This document shows, one piece after another, positions 25,767-35,757 of a stretch of 41,675 nucleotides of DNA. Every line of letters begins with the position of its first letter. Position 1 is the first letter of the stretch. The position numbers and the translations under genes are program-made. The notes below the pieces were generated by a model that saw only the letters and a program-made list of their open reading frames with translations, made no database searches and was not told where the DNA came from. The DNA is from Gemmatimonadota bacterium (lineage in GTDB: Bacteria > 4572-55 > J002), in contig RFFQ01000011.1 of the NCBI GenBank assembly GCA_003697105.1, positions 1 through 41,675 of the forward strand, given 5' to 3'.

Positions 25767-27467
25767 TTACATTCCCAATAATTCCCGAGCATGTTGGCGA
25801 GTGACTTCACGGATGGTCTCTCCGCCCATAATTTTGGCGATCTCTTCGATGCGTTCCTCTAAGTTTAACCGGCGGATTTCAGTTTTGGTCCGCCCGCCGG
25901 ATTCGATCTTTTGCACCGAAAAATGCACCGTCCCTTTTGCCGCAATCTGGGGTAGATGGGTAATGCAGATCACCTGATGCGAGGTGGCAAGAGCTTTTAG
26001 TTTTTCACCGACCACCTCCCCAATGCGTCCACTGATGCCGGTATCGATTTCATCAAAAATAAATGTGGGTACCGGGTCAATCTCTGCCATGACGGATTTG
26101 AGGGCTAACATGGTGCGCGAGATTTCCCCACCCGAAGCTACTTTTGCCAGCGGGGCAAGGTCTTCACCCACATTTGCCGAGAGCATGAACTCAATTTTAT
26201 CCATACCGGTGGCATCTCCGGTAAATGTTTGGTTGCCGTGTATAACCGCTCCGCTGGACTGTGCTTCCTGAGAGACATTGATTTGAAACCGGGCGTTCAT
26301 GCCGAGTTCCCGCAACACCGTCTCTACCCGCGTTTGGATGGTTTCGGCAGTGGTTTGTCGCTTTTGGGAGAGTTCTATTGCGAGCGCGGAATATGTTTTT
26401 TGTGCTTGAGTTAATGCGGCTTGTAATTCGGTTAGACGATCCTCGTTGTGTTCGATATTCTCTAATTTTTCACGAAGGTCATCTGCGTATGCCAACAATT
26501 CATCCACGGAACTGACCCGGTACCGTTTTTTGAAGCCTCGAATCACTGCTAAACGCCGCCGGATCTCCTCCATCCTTTGGGGGTCAAATTCCAATTTTCC
26601 CAGATATTTTTGTAGGGTTAGCGACAACTCCTCAATCAAGACGGTCAAGGATTCCGCATGTTCGGTTGCCTCTTGCATGTTGGGGTCAATCGCACCGATT
26701 TTTTCCAACGCGGCATGTACGGTTGGGGCGAGGTTCATGAGTGAGCCATCCCCTTGATACAATGTTTGATAAGCGTTGTTGGCATGCTCATAGAGGGTTT
26801 CCACATTCTCCAGAAATTGCTCTTCCTGCACCAGCTCTGCTTCTTCACCCGCATAAAATCCCGCGTTATCAATCTCATTTAGTTGAAATTCATAAATATC
26901 AATCTGACTTTGCATCTGTTCCACGCGTTTTTGGTGCTGTTTTACGTCACGTATCGCCTGCTGGTAAGCGCGGTATGCGATTCCCACCTGTTCACGCAAC
27001 GCCATCAAGTGCCCAAACTGATCCAGATAATCCCGCTGAATCTCTACGGCAAAAAGAGATTGATGCTCATGTTGGCTATGAAGATTTGCCAATCGATCCC
27101 CGATAGCTCGTAACACATTGAGTGTAATAGGATTACCGTTTATAAAGCAGCGGTTACGCCCGGTCTTGCTGATCTCGCGGGTAATAACCACGGTGTGATC
27201 CTCACCGGTTTCTATGCCGGTATCCTCCAATATCTGCCGTAGGTCTGCCCGGCCAAAAATATCGAAAACACCCTCAACCCGCGCAGAATCGGCTCCCGTA
27301 CGAATCACCTCCGTCGAAGCCCGGTCCCCCAGTAACAACCCAAACGCATCGATTAAAATCGATTTACCGGCGCCGGTTTCCCCAGTTAAAATGGTCAACC
27401 CCTCACTAAAATCGATATTTAAATCTTCCAATAATGCGTAATTTTTGATTCTAAGGTGTTGTAACAT
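25767..27467 (-). CDS. recN: DNA repair protein RecN
   Basis: LTGETGAGKS, ASGGEISR, FDEIDTGISG, QVICITHLPQIAA. Confidence 0.97.
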   Translation of the reverse strand: MLQHLRIKNYALLEDLNIDFSEGLTILTGETGAGKSILIDAFGLLLGDRASTEVIRTGADSARVEGVFDIFGRADLRQILEDTGIETGEDHTVVITREISKTGRNRCFINGNPITLNVLRAIGDRLANLHSQHEHQSLFAVEIQRDYLDQFGHLMALREQVGIAYRAYQQAIRDVKQHQKRVEQMQSQIDIYEFQLNEIDNAGFYAGEEAELVQEEQFLENVETLYEHANNAYQTLYQGDGSLMNLAPTVHAALEKIGAIDPNMQEATEHAESLTVLIEELSLTLQKYLGKLEFDPQRMEEIRRRLAVIRGFKKRYRVSSVDELLAYADDLREKLENIEHNEDRLTELQAALTQAQKTYSALAIELSQKRQTTAETIQTRVETVLRELGMNARFQINVSQEAQSSGAVIHGNQTFTGDATGMDKIEFMLSANVGEDLAPLAKVASGGEISRTMLALKSVMAEIDPVPTFIFDEIDTGISGRIGEVVGEKLKALATSHQVICITHLPQIAAKGTVHFSVQKIESGGRTKTEIRRLNLEERIEEIAKIMGGETIREVTRQHARELLGM

Positions 27468-27521
27468 GTGAGTTTGACGAGTTTATGAGTTTATGAGTTT
27501 GTGAGTTTTATGAGTTTGTGA
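27467..27521. repeat. Short tandem repeat, 8-9-nt unit (TGAGTTTR), about six copies
   Basis: gtgagtttgac gagttta tgagttta tgagtttg tgagtttta tgagtttg tga. Confidence 0.85.
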
Positions 27522-27542
27522 AAAGTGCCAACTGCTAAATGT

Positions 27543-28892
27543 TCATCCAGCAATAGTTTCAACGTTTTCTTTAAATTCCCGTCCTAATGCGCGCATTTCA
27601 TCCAGCACGGGGATATAAATTGCGGGGTGCATTGGGATGCGACAACCGGTTAACTCCAATTTACCGGTTAAAACCAATTTTGCCGCAATCGCCGCGGGCA
27701 GACCAACGCTTTTGGCAATTGCGGTAAACCCATCGACGTCACCGTACTCAATAAAGGAGGAGATATGGCGTTCCTTACGGTTATGTTCTTCAGGGAAATA
27801 GGCTTCCAATTTGTGGAGTAGGATCACCATATCGCGGGCATGAGGCGGAAGTGCCAATTTGCGGGCCAACAAAACAGTCATTGCTTCCGCTGGGGTACTG
27901 ACATCCGTATCCACCTTTTCATCGGATAAAATTCCCAACCAGCGTAGGTTCTCCATCACTTTACCGGTGGGATTGATATGCAGATAATTTGCTACACGTT
28001 CTTCCAAACTTCCGGAAATGGTCAACGGGAGAAACATCTCGGTGATTTCGGCATACGTGCGGTCTTTCAGGTTCGGAATTTTAAGTTGTTCATTGGGGTA
28101 ACCTAACCGCACAATTTGTGACCACGTTTCACTCCAGCCGGGGAAGCGTAAAGTTGCCCGGATCATGGTTTCCACTTCATCCAGTTGGAAAATTTTTTGA
28201 TAAATCAGCGAATCGCGGTTGGGATAGGCTTCCATCAACCCGACACCATCCACTTGCACGGGCCACGTCTGGCGAAACACGGCGTGATGTGGTAACAGCT
28301 TGATTTTGCCTTCTTCCATGTATTGTGCCCCGTACTCCCCGGACATAACAACATTCCGCGGATTCCATGTGGTACAATATTTTAACGGATTGGTATCATA
28401 CTGTGGATCGGGCACGGCACTACCGTAGGAGATGAACGAAGTTACCACCCCATGGCGACTTTTGATGTCTTGCAACATTTTCATCGCCATCATGTGATCG
28501 ATACCGGGATCAAGCCCCATTTCGTTGAGAATTAACAATCCTTTACGGAGTGCATCTTGATTGAGATCGGCAACTTGTGGATTTTCGTATGATGTGGAAA
28601 TCATGTGAGCGTTGTGATGAATACAATCCAACGCAACGATGTACTGGAACGGAGGTGCCAGCATACAAATCACCAAATCCGCCCGTTCAATCTGGCGAGA
28701 GCGCATGGCTTCATCATTAATATCAAAATAGATGGCATCTCCCCGGGGATGCCCACCAATTCGTTTTTGAGCCAGTTCTTCGTTAATATCACCCACGGTT
28801 ACGAACCAATCGCACTCTTCCGCATGTTGAAGCAGATAATCAATAAGATAAGGGGAACTCAACCCCGCCCCAATAACAAAAATATGTTTCAT
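27543..28892 (-). CDS. Saccharopine dehydrogenase (glutamate-forming, Lys9/AASS-SDH type)
   Basis: IGAGLS Rossmann motif; NEMGLDPGIDHM; NPLKY..TWNP; EAYPNRDS; RATLRFPG; KSVGLPAAIA. Confidence 0.93.
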   Translation of the reverse strand: MKHIFVIGAGLSSPYLIDYLLQHAEECDWFVTVGDINEELAQKRIGGHPRGDAIYFDINDEAMRSRQIERADLVICMLAPPFQYIVALDCIHHNAHMISTSYENPQVADLNQDALRKGLLILNEMGLDPGIDHMMAMKMLQDIKSRHGVVTSFISYGSAVPDPQYDTNPLKYCTTWNPRNVVMSGEYGAQYMEEGKIKLLPHHAVFRQTWPVQVDGVGLMEAYPNRDSLIYQKIFQLDEVETMIRATLRFPGWSETWSQIVRLGYPNEQLKIPNLKDRTYAEITEMFLPLTISGSLEERVANYLHINPTGKVMENLRWLGILSDEKVDTDVSTPAEAMTVLLARKLALPPHARDMVILLHKLEAYFPEEHNRKERHISSFIEYGDVDGFTAIAKSVGLPAAIAAKLVLTGKLELTGCRIPMHPAIYIPVLDEMRALGREFKENVETIAG

Positions 28893-28980
28893 TACAAACC
28901 TCTTAGGGATTAAAATTTAAAAATTTTTTGGCAATTATATCGATCTAAAACCGGTGACCCGATCAGGCGTAAAATCTTCA

Positions 28981-30291
28981 TCAAAGGAACGCCTCCATGT
29001 ACTTATAATCCGGGGTAAGCTCGCCTTGATACAGGATCACCGCCCGGCGGATTTCCGGTGGCAAATTGCATTCCTCAAATGGACCGGAAAAATCGGCAGT
29101 GGCAATGGCTTTAACAAACGGTTTCAAGCCTTCACTGAATGCCGTGGAGGACTCCCGCGGGAGTTCACAAGGTAGATTATCCACCGCCATCATCACCAGC
29201 CCAACGCCCTCATAACCATCAGTTGACCAACCGTCAAACGGATTATAAACAAACGCCGGCTTATCCGGTTTGGTGGCGTGGGTGGTGCATTCAATCGAGC
29301 CTTCAATATCGCAACTGATGTCACCCACGACACGCAAGGTGGGCGTTTCCTTATCCGAGTATAACTCCCGGACAAAATCTTTACTGAGGAGCCGCGGGTA
29401 ATCTTCCGTCCAATAAATCCCGTTGATCAACACCGTGAGATAAGGCACATATGGCTCAAATTTGGAACGATATTTTTCGGGATGTTGGTAATAATCTTGA
29501 AGATCAAATGACACGCCTGCCACTTTCGGTTCGACCAAATCGTGCTCGTAAAAAACAACCTTGTACACATGATGGGTATCCTCCTTAGCGCGGGCGTACA
29601 CCTCCGCCAATTCATCCGGGCGAACCTCAATAACCGGCAAACCTTCCAGAATTTCTTGTGCGCCTTGTGACACATTGCCATAACCGGCAAAACCGATCAC
29701 GAACGGCGCCAGTTTTTTATCAAACCCTTGGTCTCTTATCACGGCGCCCACACCGGCAATCGCGGCTTTGGCATCCGCTAAGGTGGGATATTCGTAAGCG
29801 TGTTTGACCGTTTCAAACGGATTCGCAATGGATTCCCACGCCAGCCGTTTACCCAGCGTCCAAAGTGTTTCCACCATACCGGCTAAACCGGCATACTTAC
29901 CGAAAAAGATCAACCGGCGACCTTGGTCATCGGTAATTTTCTCGTAATCGATCAGGTTACACTTGAGGGACATCATCTTTTTCAGCATCGGCATATTGTA
30001 ATCCTGCCCTTTGATCGTATGCGAGAAAAAGACATACGTTTTGTGCGGCTCAAACATATACATCGGGATTTCCTTCACGGCAAAAATTACCGGACAAAGT
30101 GATAAATCCTCATGAACTTTTGCCCCCACCGCTCTATATTCGTCATCAGTGAAGACCCGAATTGAAGACGGTTGTACCCAAACCTCGATTTCGTCCTCTT
30201 CAATCAGAGATTTTACGTGAGCTGGCACCAGCGGAACACGCCGTTCCCACTGATTTTTGTCTTCACGGCGAATGCCAATCATCGCTTTCAT
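28981..30291 (-). CDS. Lysine-ketoglutarate reductase (AASS LKR-domain type; AlaDh/PNT fold)
   Basis: IRREDKNQWERRVPL, VKEIP, FFSHTIKGQ, LIDYE, GYGNVSQGA, DISCD, VDNLPCELP; strong SD AGGAGGTGA. Confidence 0.9.
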   Translation of the reverse strand: MKAMIGIRREDKNQWERRVPLVPAHVKSLIEEDEIEVWVQPSSIRVFTDDEYRAVGAKVHEDLSLCPVIFAVKEIPMYMFEPHKTYVFFSHTIKGQDYNMPMLKKMMSLKCNLIDYEKITDDQGRRLIFFGKYAGLAGMVETLWTLGKRLAWESIANPFETVKHAYEYPTLADAKAAIAGVGAVIRDQGFDKKLAPFVIGFAGYGNVSQGAQEILEGLPVIEVRPDELAEVYARAKEDTHHVYKVVFYEHDLVEPKVAGVSFDLQDYYQHPEKYRSKFEPYVPYLTVLINGIYWTEDYPRLLSKDFVRELYSDKETPTLRVVGDISCDIEGSIECTTHATKPDKPAFVYNPFDGWSTDGYEGVGLVMMAVDNLPCELPRESSTAFSEGLKPFVKAIATADFSGPFEECNLPPEIRRAVILYQGELTPDYKYMEAFL

Positions 30292-30436
30292 AAATCACCT
30301 CCTATCCTAAAGGTCTAACATAAACAAAATTCTAGGGTTAGAATGCTGTGAGTGATACTCATAACAACATGAAAAGTCAAGCATATTTTATCTTACCAAC
30401 GCACGGCACATAGATGGAAATTGCTATAATTTAATG

Positions 30437-30465
30437 TTGACAATCATTCCCGTGAAAAATATGTT
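30437..30465 (+). promoter_or_regulatory. Sigma70-type promoter for the rsmD operon
   Basis: TTGACA - 17 nt - TATGTT. Confidence 0.65.
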
Positions 30466-30511
30466 AGTAAACCTTTTACCAACAATTTAATTTTCTGCAT
30501 TGAGGGTATTC

Positions 30512-31087
30512 ATGCGTATTATCACGGGTAGTGCTCGCGGACGACGGTTAAAAACGATCAACAGTCGCCGGGTTCGTCCCACCAGCGACCGGGTAAAAGA
30601 AACCTGGTTTAATATTATTGGCGAGCGAGTGCGCGGTGCCGCGGTACTCGATCTGTTTGCCGGCACGGGAAATCTCGGGGTAGAGGCACTCAGTCGCGGG
30701 GCGTTGTTCGTTGAATTTGTGGATAATCATCGCCAATCGGTCAACGTCATCCGCGAAAATCTCAAATTGACCGGCTTCGAGGCTGAGGTGTTCTGCGAGG
30801 ATGTTCGAGATTACCTGAGCCGGTTTAAATCCTACCAAACGGAAACGAACCCCACATTTGACCTCATCTTTGCCGACCCCCCTTATAACCAAGATCAAGT
30901 CAAACGCCTGGTGCTTTCCATCCATCACAAAAATATTTTGAAATCTGGTGGTTGGCTGATGATAGAGCACTCACCCCAAGAACGGGTTCACACCGAACAG
31001 ACTCGCTTCTGCGTCTTCCGTGAAAAATCATTTGGGGATACGCAACTCTCATTTTTACACCAAAAAGACCCCCTTGCTTACATCTAA
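30512..31087 (+). CDS. rsmD: 16S rRNA m2G966 methyltransferase RsmD
   Basis: MRIITG.ARGRRL, RPTSDRVKE, LDLFAGTG.LG.EALSRGA, DPPY. Confidence 0.96.
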   Translation: MRIITGSARGRRLKTINSRRVRPTSDRVKETWFNIIGERVRGAAVLDLFAGTGNLGVEALSRGALFVEFVDNHRQSVNVIRENLKLTGFEAEVFCEDVRDYLSRFKSYQTETNPTFDLIFADPPYNQDQVKRLVLSIHHKNILKSGGWLMIEHSPQERVHTEQTRFCVFREKSFGDTQLSFLHQKDPLAYI

Positions 31088-31098
31088 AAGAGGATTTT

Positions 31099-32559
31099 AT
31101 GATGACCACATGGCTCAAATACACTTGGTTTATTCTCCCCTTGCTGATTGCCGGGTGTGCCCAGACCGTCACCCGAGTTGATGACTTACAACCGGCAGGG
31201 TACCTTTCAGATGAACGCCTGAATGAATCCTCCGGGTTAATTAAAAGCCGCCAATACGACAATGTCTTTTGGACTCACAATGATTCCGGGGATACCACCC
31301 AATTGTTTGCTATCACCGCGGAGGGTCAAACCATACGGCACTATTTCGTCCAGAATGCCCGCAACGTGGACTGGGAGGATATTGCCCTCGATGAGGAAAA
31401 TAATCTCTATCTGGCGGATGTGGGGAACAACCGCCAGACGCGAACAGACTTGAAAATCTACAAAATTCCTGAACCCAACCCCACCGACCCCACCAGTGTT
31501 GCCCGTGCTACCGAAATGGTAATGGTAACCTATCCCGATGGCAATTTTGATTGCGAAGGCATTTTTTGGCGGCAGGGGCAGTTGTACCTCATCACCAAAG
31601 CTTGGGAAGGAGAAACCCAACTCTATCGCCTACCCCAGTGGATGAACGGCACCCAACAAACCCTAGAACGAATCGGCAAGCTGAATATTAAAGGATTGGT
31701 CACTGCCACGGATTATTCTCCCGCAAACCATCTACTGGCAGTCCTTGCCTACCGCACCCTCTGGATTTATACCGATGACATCTTTGAGAACCCAGAAGTA
31801 GAACCCCTCCACACCATTGTCCTCGCCCTAAAACAGAATGAAGCTATTTGTTGGGATGGCGACGTGTTGCGGGTCACCAATGAACAGCGGGATATGTACG
31901 AAATCCCTCCCTCAATTTGGCAAGAACAGACCGAATGGCTTCCCCCTCGACCGGAAATCGAACTCCCCCGCCTCAAAAGCGTTCAACTGGATGGAAAGTT
32001 GACCGAGTGGACATCCACATACCAACTCCCGCTAGATACCTATGCGGAGGTTGACCTGCCAGACGCCCATCTTTATGCCGGATGGCAACCCGCGGGGCTT
32101 TATATCGCCGCCGAGGTGCCGGTGGATTCCATGCAATTTGCCCCTCGCGATCAATTCTATCAAGGGGATTGCCTCATGCTCATGCTGGATATCCAAAATG
32201 AAAAAAAGCAATGGTTTACGCCGGACACCTATCATTTTTGGTTTGCCTTTGATGACAGTACGCACCAACCCTACGCCGGACGTTGGAAACACGACGGTGA
32301 CCAACAAGAAGCAAGCCGGTTCAATCTACCTGAGATTGAGGTCGCCGGTACAACCGGAGCCAACCGCTACCAACTGGAAGCCTTTATTCCGGCAAACGTC
32401 TTGGGTCAGGAGCAATTTTCACCCTCAACCGCCTTCGGTGGCAATGTCCAGATTTGGGTGCCCAGCACCGGTGCGGAATATACGTGGGGCTATTCCACGA
32501 AAGAGTATTACAGCTTTGATAAGCCCTACCTGTGGGGCACGATCCGGTTGAAAAAATAA
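31099..32559 (+). CDS. Lipoprotein: beta-propeller (SdiA-regulated/phytase-like) plus C-terminal CBM9/DOMON-like domain
   Basis: Lipobox IAGC; ESSGL, WTHNDSG, DWEDIA, ADVGNN, DCEG; second domain LDGKLTEW...GLYIAAEV...GDCL...YQLEAFIP...WG.I.L. Confidence 0.72.
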   Translation: MMTTWLKYTWFILPLLIAGCAQTVTRVDDLQPAGYLSDERLNESSGLIKSRQYDNVFWTHNDSGDTTQLFAITAEGQTIRHYFVQNARNVDWEDIALDEENNLYLADVGNNRQTRTDLKIYKIPEPNPTDPTSVARATEMVMVTYPDGNFDCEGIFWRQGQLYLITKAWEGETQLYRLPQWMNGTQQTLERIGKLNIKGLVTATDYSPANHLLAVLAYRTLWIYTDDIFENPEVEPLHTIVLALKQNEAICWDGDVLRVTNEQRDMYEIPPSIWQEQTEWLPPRPEIELPRLKSVQLDGKLTEWTSTYQLPLDTYAEVDLPDAHLYAGWQPAGLYIAAEVPVDSMQFAPRDQFYQGDCLMLMLDIQNEKKQWFTPDTYHFWFAFDDSTHQPYAGRWKHDGDQQEASRFNLPEIEVAGTTGANRYQLEAFIPANVLGQEQFSPSTAFGGNVQIWVPSTGAEYTWGYSTKEYYSFDKPYLWGTIRLKK

Positions 32560-32583
32560 ATCACCCAAGCCTGAGGGAATTCC

Positions 32584-35500
32584 ATGGATCACGATCCTGC
32601 CAAGCTGAATATTGAACTCTCCCACATCCGGAAAAATTGGATTCCGCTGTTTTCCGTGCGGCGTCCCGTGACGGTGGTCACCTTGCTAGCAAGTTTGCTC
32701 GTCGTGGGCTTTATCGCCTATACCCGCATCCCGCTGGAGATGATGCCGCGCGGCTTATCATTCCCCTATTTGGGGGTCTATGTGCCCTACCCGAACAGTA
32801 CCCCGCAAGAGACCGAAGAACTGGTCACCAAACCGGTGGAAGAGATGATGCGCACCGTAAGTGGGATTGAAGAAATGAGTACCGACACCAGCGATCAGGG
32901 CGTTTGGTGCGGCATGATGTTTCAACAACATGTGGATGTCGATGAAGCCTATGCCCAAATTCGGGATCGCACCGAACGGCTCATGGCAGAACTGCCCGAA
33001 GAGGTAGAACGCATCTATTTACGGAAATTCTCACAGGATGACGATCCGGTCATCTGGTTTGTAACCTCTTACGATGAGAACGCCGTCCCAGACCCATTTT
33101 TCCTATTGGATACGCACGTCCGGCGACGCTTGGAACGGGTAGCCGGTGTCGCCAAAGTGGAGGTGTGGGGCGTGGAACAAAAAGAGATCATGATTGATGT
33201 GGATCAAGATCGGGTGCGGGCGCTAAACGTCAATCTATATCAGGTCATTCAGGCGTTACAGCGCGACAATTTCACGATGACCAGCGGTTTTGTGAATGAT
33301 GGCGGCAAAAAACTGTATGTGCGCTCCATAGGACGCTTGCCGGACATCAGCGAAATTCAGAACATGCCGGTAGGCAACCGTGGAGTACAATTAAAAGATA
33401 TTGCCACCATTACCTATGATATTCCCGGTTACCGTTGGTTTCAACGGGCGGGTCGCCAAAAAGCCGTGCAATTCGGGGTTTACAAGACATCAATGGCAAA
33501 CACCGCCGAAACCTGTGGGGAGGTCGAACGCATCTTGCACGAGGAAATTGAGACCCACCCAAGCCTTGCCCCATTCCAATTCGATATACTGTATAATCAA
33601 GGCGATTATGTCAAAGAATCGATCCAAAATTTGGTTAACACGGCGCTCTGGGGAGGCTTTTTTGCCTTTATTGTGTTATTTATCTTCTTGCGACGGTTTC
33701 GCATGACACTGATTATCAATTTAGCAATCCCGCTTTCCCTCCTGATCACGGTGACAATCCTCTATTTTATGGGCTGGACGCTCAACGCGATTACCATGAT
33801 GGGGCTAATGATTTCGGTTGGATTGGTGGTCGATAATGCGATTGTTATTGTAGAAAACATCTACCGGATGAAAGCCGAAGGGTTAACGGCACAGGATTCT
33901 GCCATTTTGGGAGCGAGTGAAGTCGGGCTGGCAATCACTTTAGCCACCTTGACCACCGTCGTGGTCTTCCTGCCCCTGATGCTCATGGGAGATAACGCCA
34001 TCATGGCGTGGTACATGTTACGGCTCGGATTACCGGTCGTTTTAGCCCTGATCGCCTCATTATGTGTCGCTTTGGTATTTATCCCGTTGGCGGCAACCAA
34101 AGTGACGTCTTCCAAGCCGGTTAAACCGTCACGGGTGATCAACACCATGCTCGGTTGGTATGAAGCCGCCTTGCGCTGGACGTTAACCCACCGGGCAGAT
34201 ACCACGATTATCGTTATCGGGTTGCTCATCAGCATGGGCTGGGCATCCAGCCAGCTGGGCATGACGGACGAAGAAGGGCACATCAACAATTTTAATGTGT
34301 GGGTAGATTTCCCATCAAATAACAGTATCCAACGTACCTATGACATCGTGCGGGCAATTGAAGATACCGTTTATGCCCATGCTGAAGAATATCGCTTAAG
34401 AACGGTCAGTACCAATTTCCGGCGAACCCAAGCCCGCTTTAATGTGTTCCTGCAAGCGCCTCCCAAATATCAGTGGTATGATACCCTCTATCAGGGAGTG
34501 CGCCAGTTACTTGGCATCCCAGTGCCCCGGATAATGACCCGGAACGCGGTGATTGAGGACGTGAAAAAGCGATTACCCGAATTTCCCGGGGTGGAGTACC
34601 GGTTCGGGTGGCAATCTGGCAGCGGGAATAATGCGGCGGTCAATATTACGTTAACCGGAGATGATACGCAGACATTGTTTGAACTCGCCCAGGAGGTCAA
34701 GCGTCGTATCCAGTCCATCCCGGAGGTGGTCAGTGCTGAGATCGATCTGGAAAGCGGCTACGATGAAATTCAGGTTAAATTAAACCGGGAATTATCGCAA
34801 AAATACGGTTTTGACCCCCAAGTGATCGTGGGCACATTGCGCTACGCACTGGCGGGTCTTGATCTACCCGATTATCGCACACCGGATCAGGAAATCCCGA
34901 TGAGCATTGGTTTGCAACCGGAAGATCGTCGCAATCTACACCAACTTAAAAATTTGACGATCAGTTCCATGACCGGCAACCTGATGCCTCTGGATACCTT
35001 CGCGGATTTCCATATCGCCAAAGGCATGGGGTCGATTAAGCGCATCAACGGCAAAACCTCCATTCGGGTAAGTGCCATGACCCAAGAAGCAGACTTGGAA
35101 GCACTAGGAAACAAAATCAAGCACGTGATGAAGGATTTTCAACCCCCGCGCGGTTATGAGTGGCAAATGGGGCAACGTTTCCGGCGGCTGGAGCAAAGTG
35201 GGGAATCTCAGTTATTTGCCATGATATTAGCCATTACGTTTGTCTTTTTGCTCATGGGGACGTTGTTCGAGTCCTTTTTACTGCCAATAGCAGTCATCAT
35301 CTCGATTCCCCTCTCTTTTTTCGGCGCGTATTGGATGTTGTATCTCACCGATACCCCGATGAGCATGATGGTGGGGATTGGGCTCGTCATTTTAGTGGGG
35401 ATTGTCGTCAACAACGCGATTGTGCTGGTCGATATGATCAACCGCTTCCGGTTAGCCGGCTACACCCGTTTTGATGCCATTTTGGAAGCTGGGAAGCATC

Positions 35501-35757
35501 GGTTTCGCCCGATCCTGATGACCGCCTTTACCACCATGTTCGGTTTACTGCCCATGGCACTGGGGAATTCTGCGGTGGTGGGGATGCCGTATGCGCCGAT
35601 GGGTCGCGCCTTGATTGGGGGCTTGTTGACGTCCACGTTTTTAACCCTGACGGTCGTCCCACTTTTTTATGTCTATTTGGATGATTTACGGATGTGGCTG
35701 AAAGCCATGTGGGGTCACAGCCGTTGGTCATCGCCCCGTTATCCGAACGGCAACTAG
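32584..35757 (+). CDS. RND efflux transporter permease (AcrB/SwrC-like)
   Basis: SVRRPV, GLVVDNAIVIVENI, TLTTVVVFLP, GIVVNNAIVLVD, RFRPILMTAFTT; 1057 aa. Confidence 0.95.
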   Translation: MDHDPAKLNIELSHIRKNWIPLFSVRRPVTVVTLLASLLVVGFIAYTRIPLEMMPRGLSFPYLGVYVPYPNSTPQETEELVTKPVEEMMRTVSGIEEMSTDTSDQGVWCGMMFQQHVDVDEAYAQIRDRTERLMAELPEEVERIYLRKFSQDDDPVIWFVTSYDENAVPDPFFLLDTHVRRRLERVAGVAKVEVWGVEQKEIMIDVDQDRVRALNVNLYQVIQALQRDNFTMTSGFVNDGGKKLYVRSIGRLPDISEIQNMPVGNRGVQLKDIATITYDIPGYRWFQRAGRQKAVQFGVYKTSMANTAETCGEVERILHEEIETHPSLAPFQFDILYNQGDYVKESIQNLVNTALWGGFFAFIVLFIFLRRFRMTLIINLAIPLSLLITVTILYFMGWTLNAITMMGLMISVGLVVDNAIVIVENIYRMKAEGLTAQDSAILGASEVGLAITLATLTTVVVFLPLMLMGDNAIMAWYMLRLGLPVVLALIASLCVALVFIPLAATKVTSSKPVKPSRVINTMLGWYEAALRWTLTHRADTTIIVIGLLISMGWASSQLGMTDEEGHINNFNVWVDFPSNNSIQRTYDIVRAIEDTVYAHAEEYRLRTVSTNFRRTQARFNVFLQAPPKYQWYDTLYQGVRQLLGIPVPRIMTRNAVIEDVKKRLPEFPGVEYRFGWQSGSGNNAAVNITLTGDDTQTLFELAQEVKRRIQSIPEVVSAEIDLESGYDEIQVKLNRELSQKYGFDPQVIVGTLRYALAGLDLPDYRTPDQEIPMSIGLQPEDRRNLHQLKNLTISSMTGNLMPLDTFADFHIAKGMGSIKRINGKTSIRVSAMTQEADLEALGNKIKHVMKDFQPPRGYEWQMGQRFRRLEQSGESQLFAMILAITFVFLLMGTLFESFLLPIAVIISIPLSFFGAYWMLYLTDTPMSMMVGIGLVILVGIVVNNAIVLVDMINRFRLAGYTRFDAILEAGKHRFRPILMTAFTTMFGLLPMALGNSAVVGMPYAPMGRALIGGLLTSTFLTLTVVPLFYVYLDDLRMWLKAMWGHSRWSSPRYPNGN

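Noticed and set aside
27467-27521. Possible CRISPR array or SOS box upstream of recN
   Set aside because: Units are 8-9 nt with no spacers; no LexA palindrome that I recognise.
30292-30500. Lysine riboswitch upstream of LKR
   Set aside because: The leader is short and AT-rich, without the conserved L-box core.
35728-35757. 30-nt convergent overlap of the RND and PP2C genes
   Set aside because: Short tail-to-tail overlaps are common.
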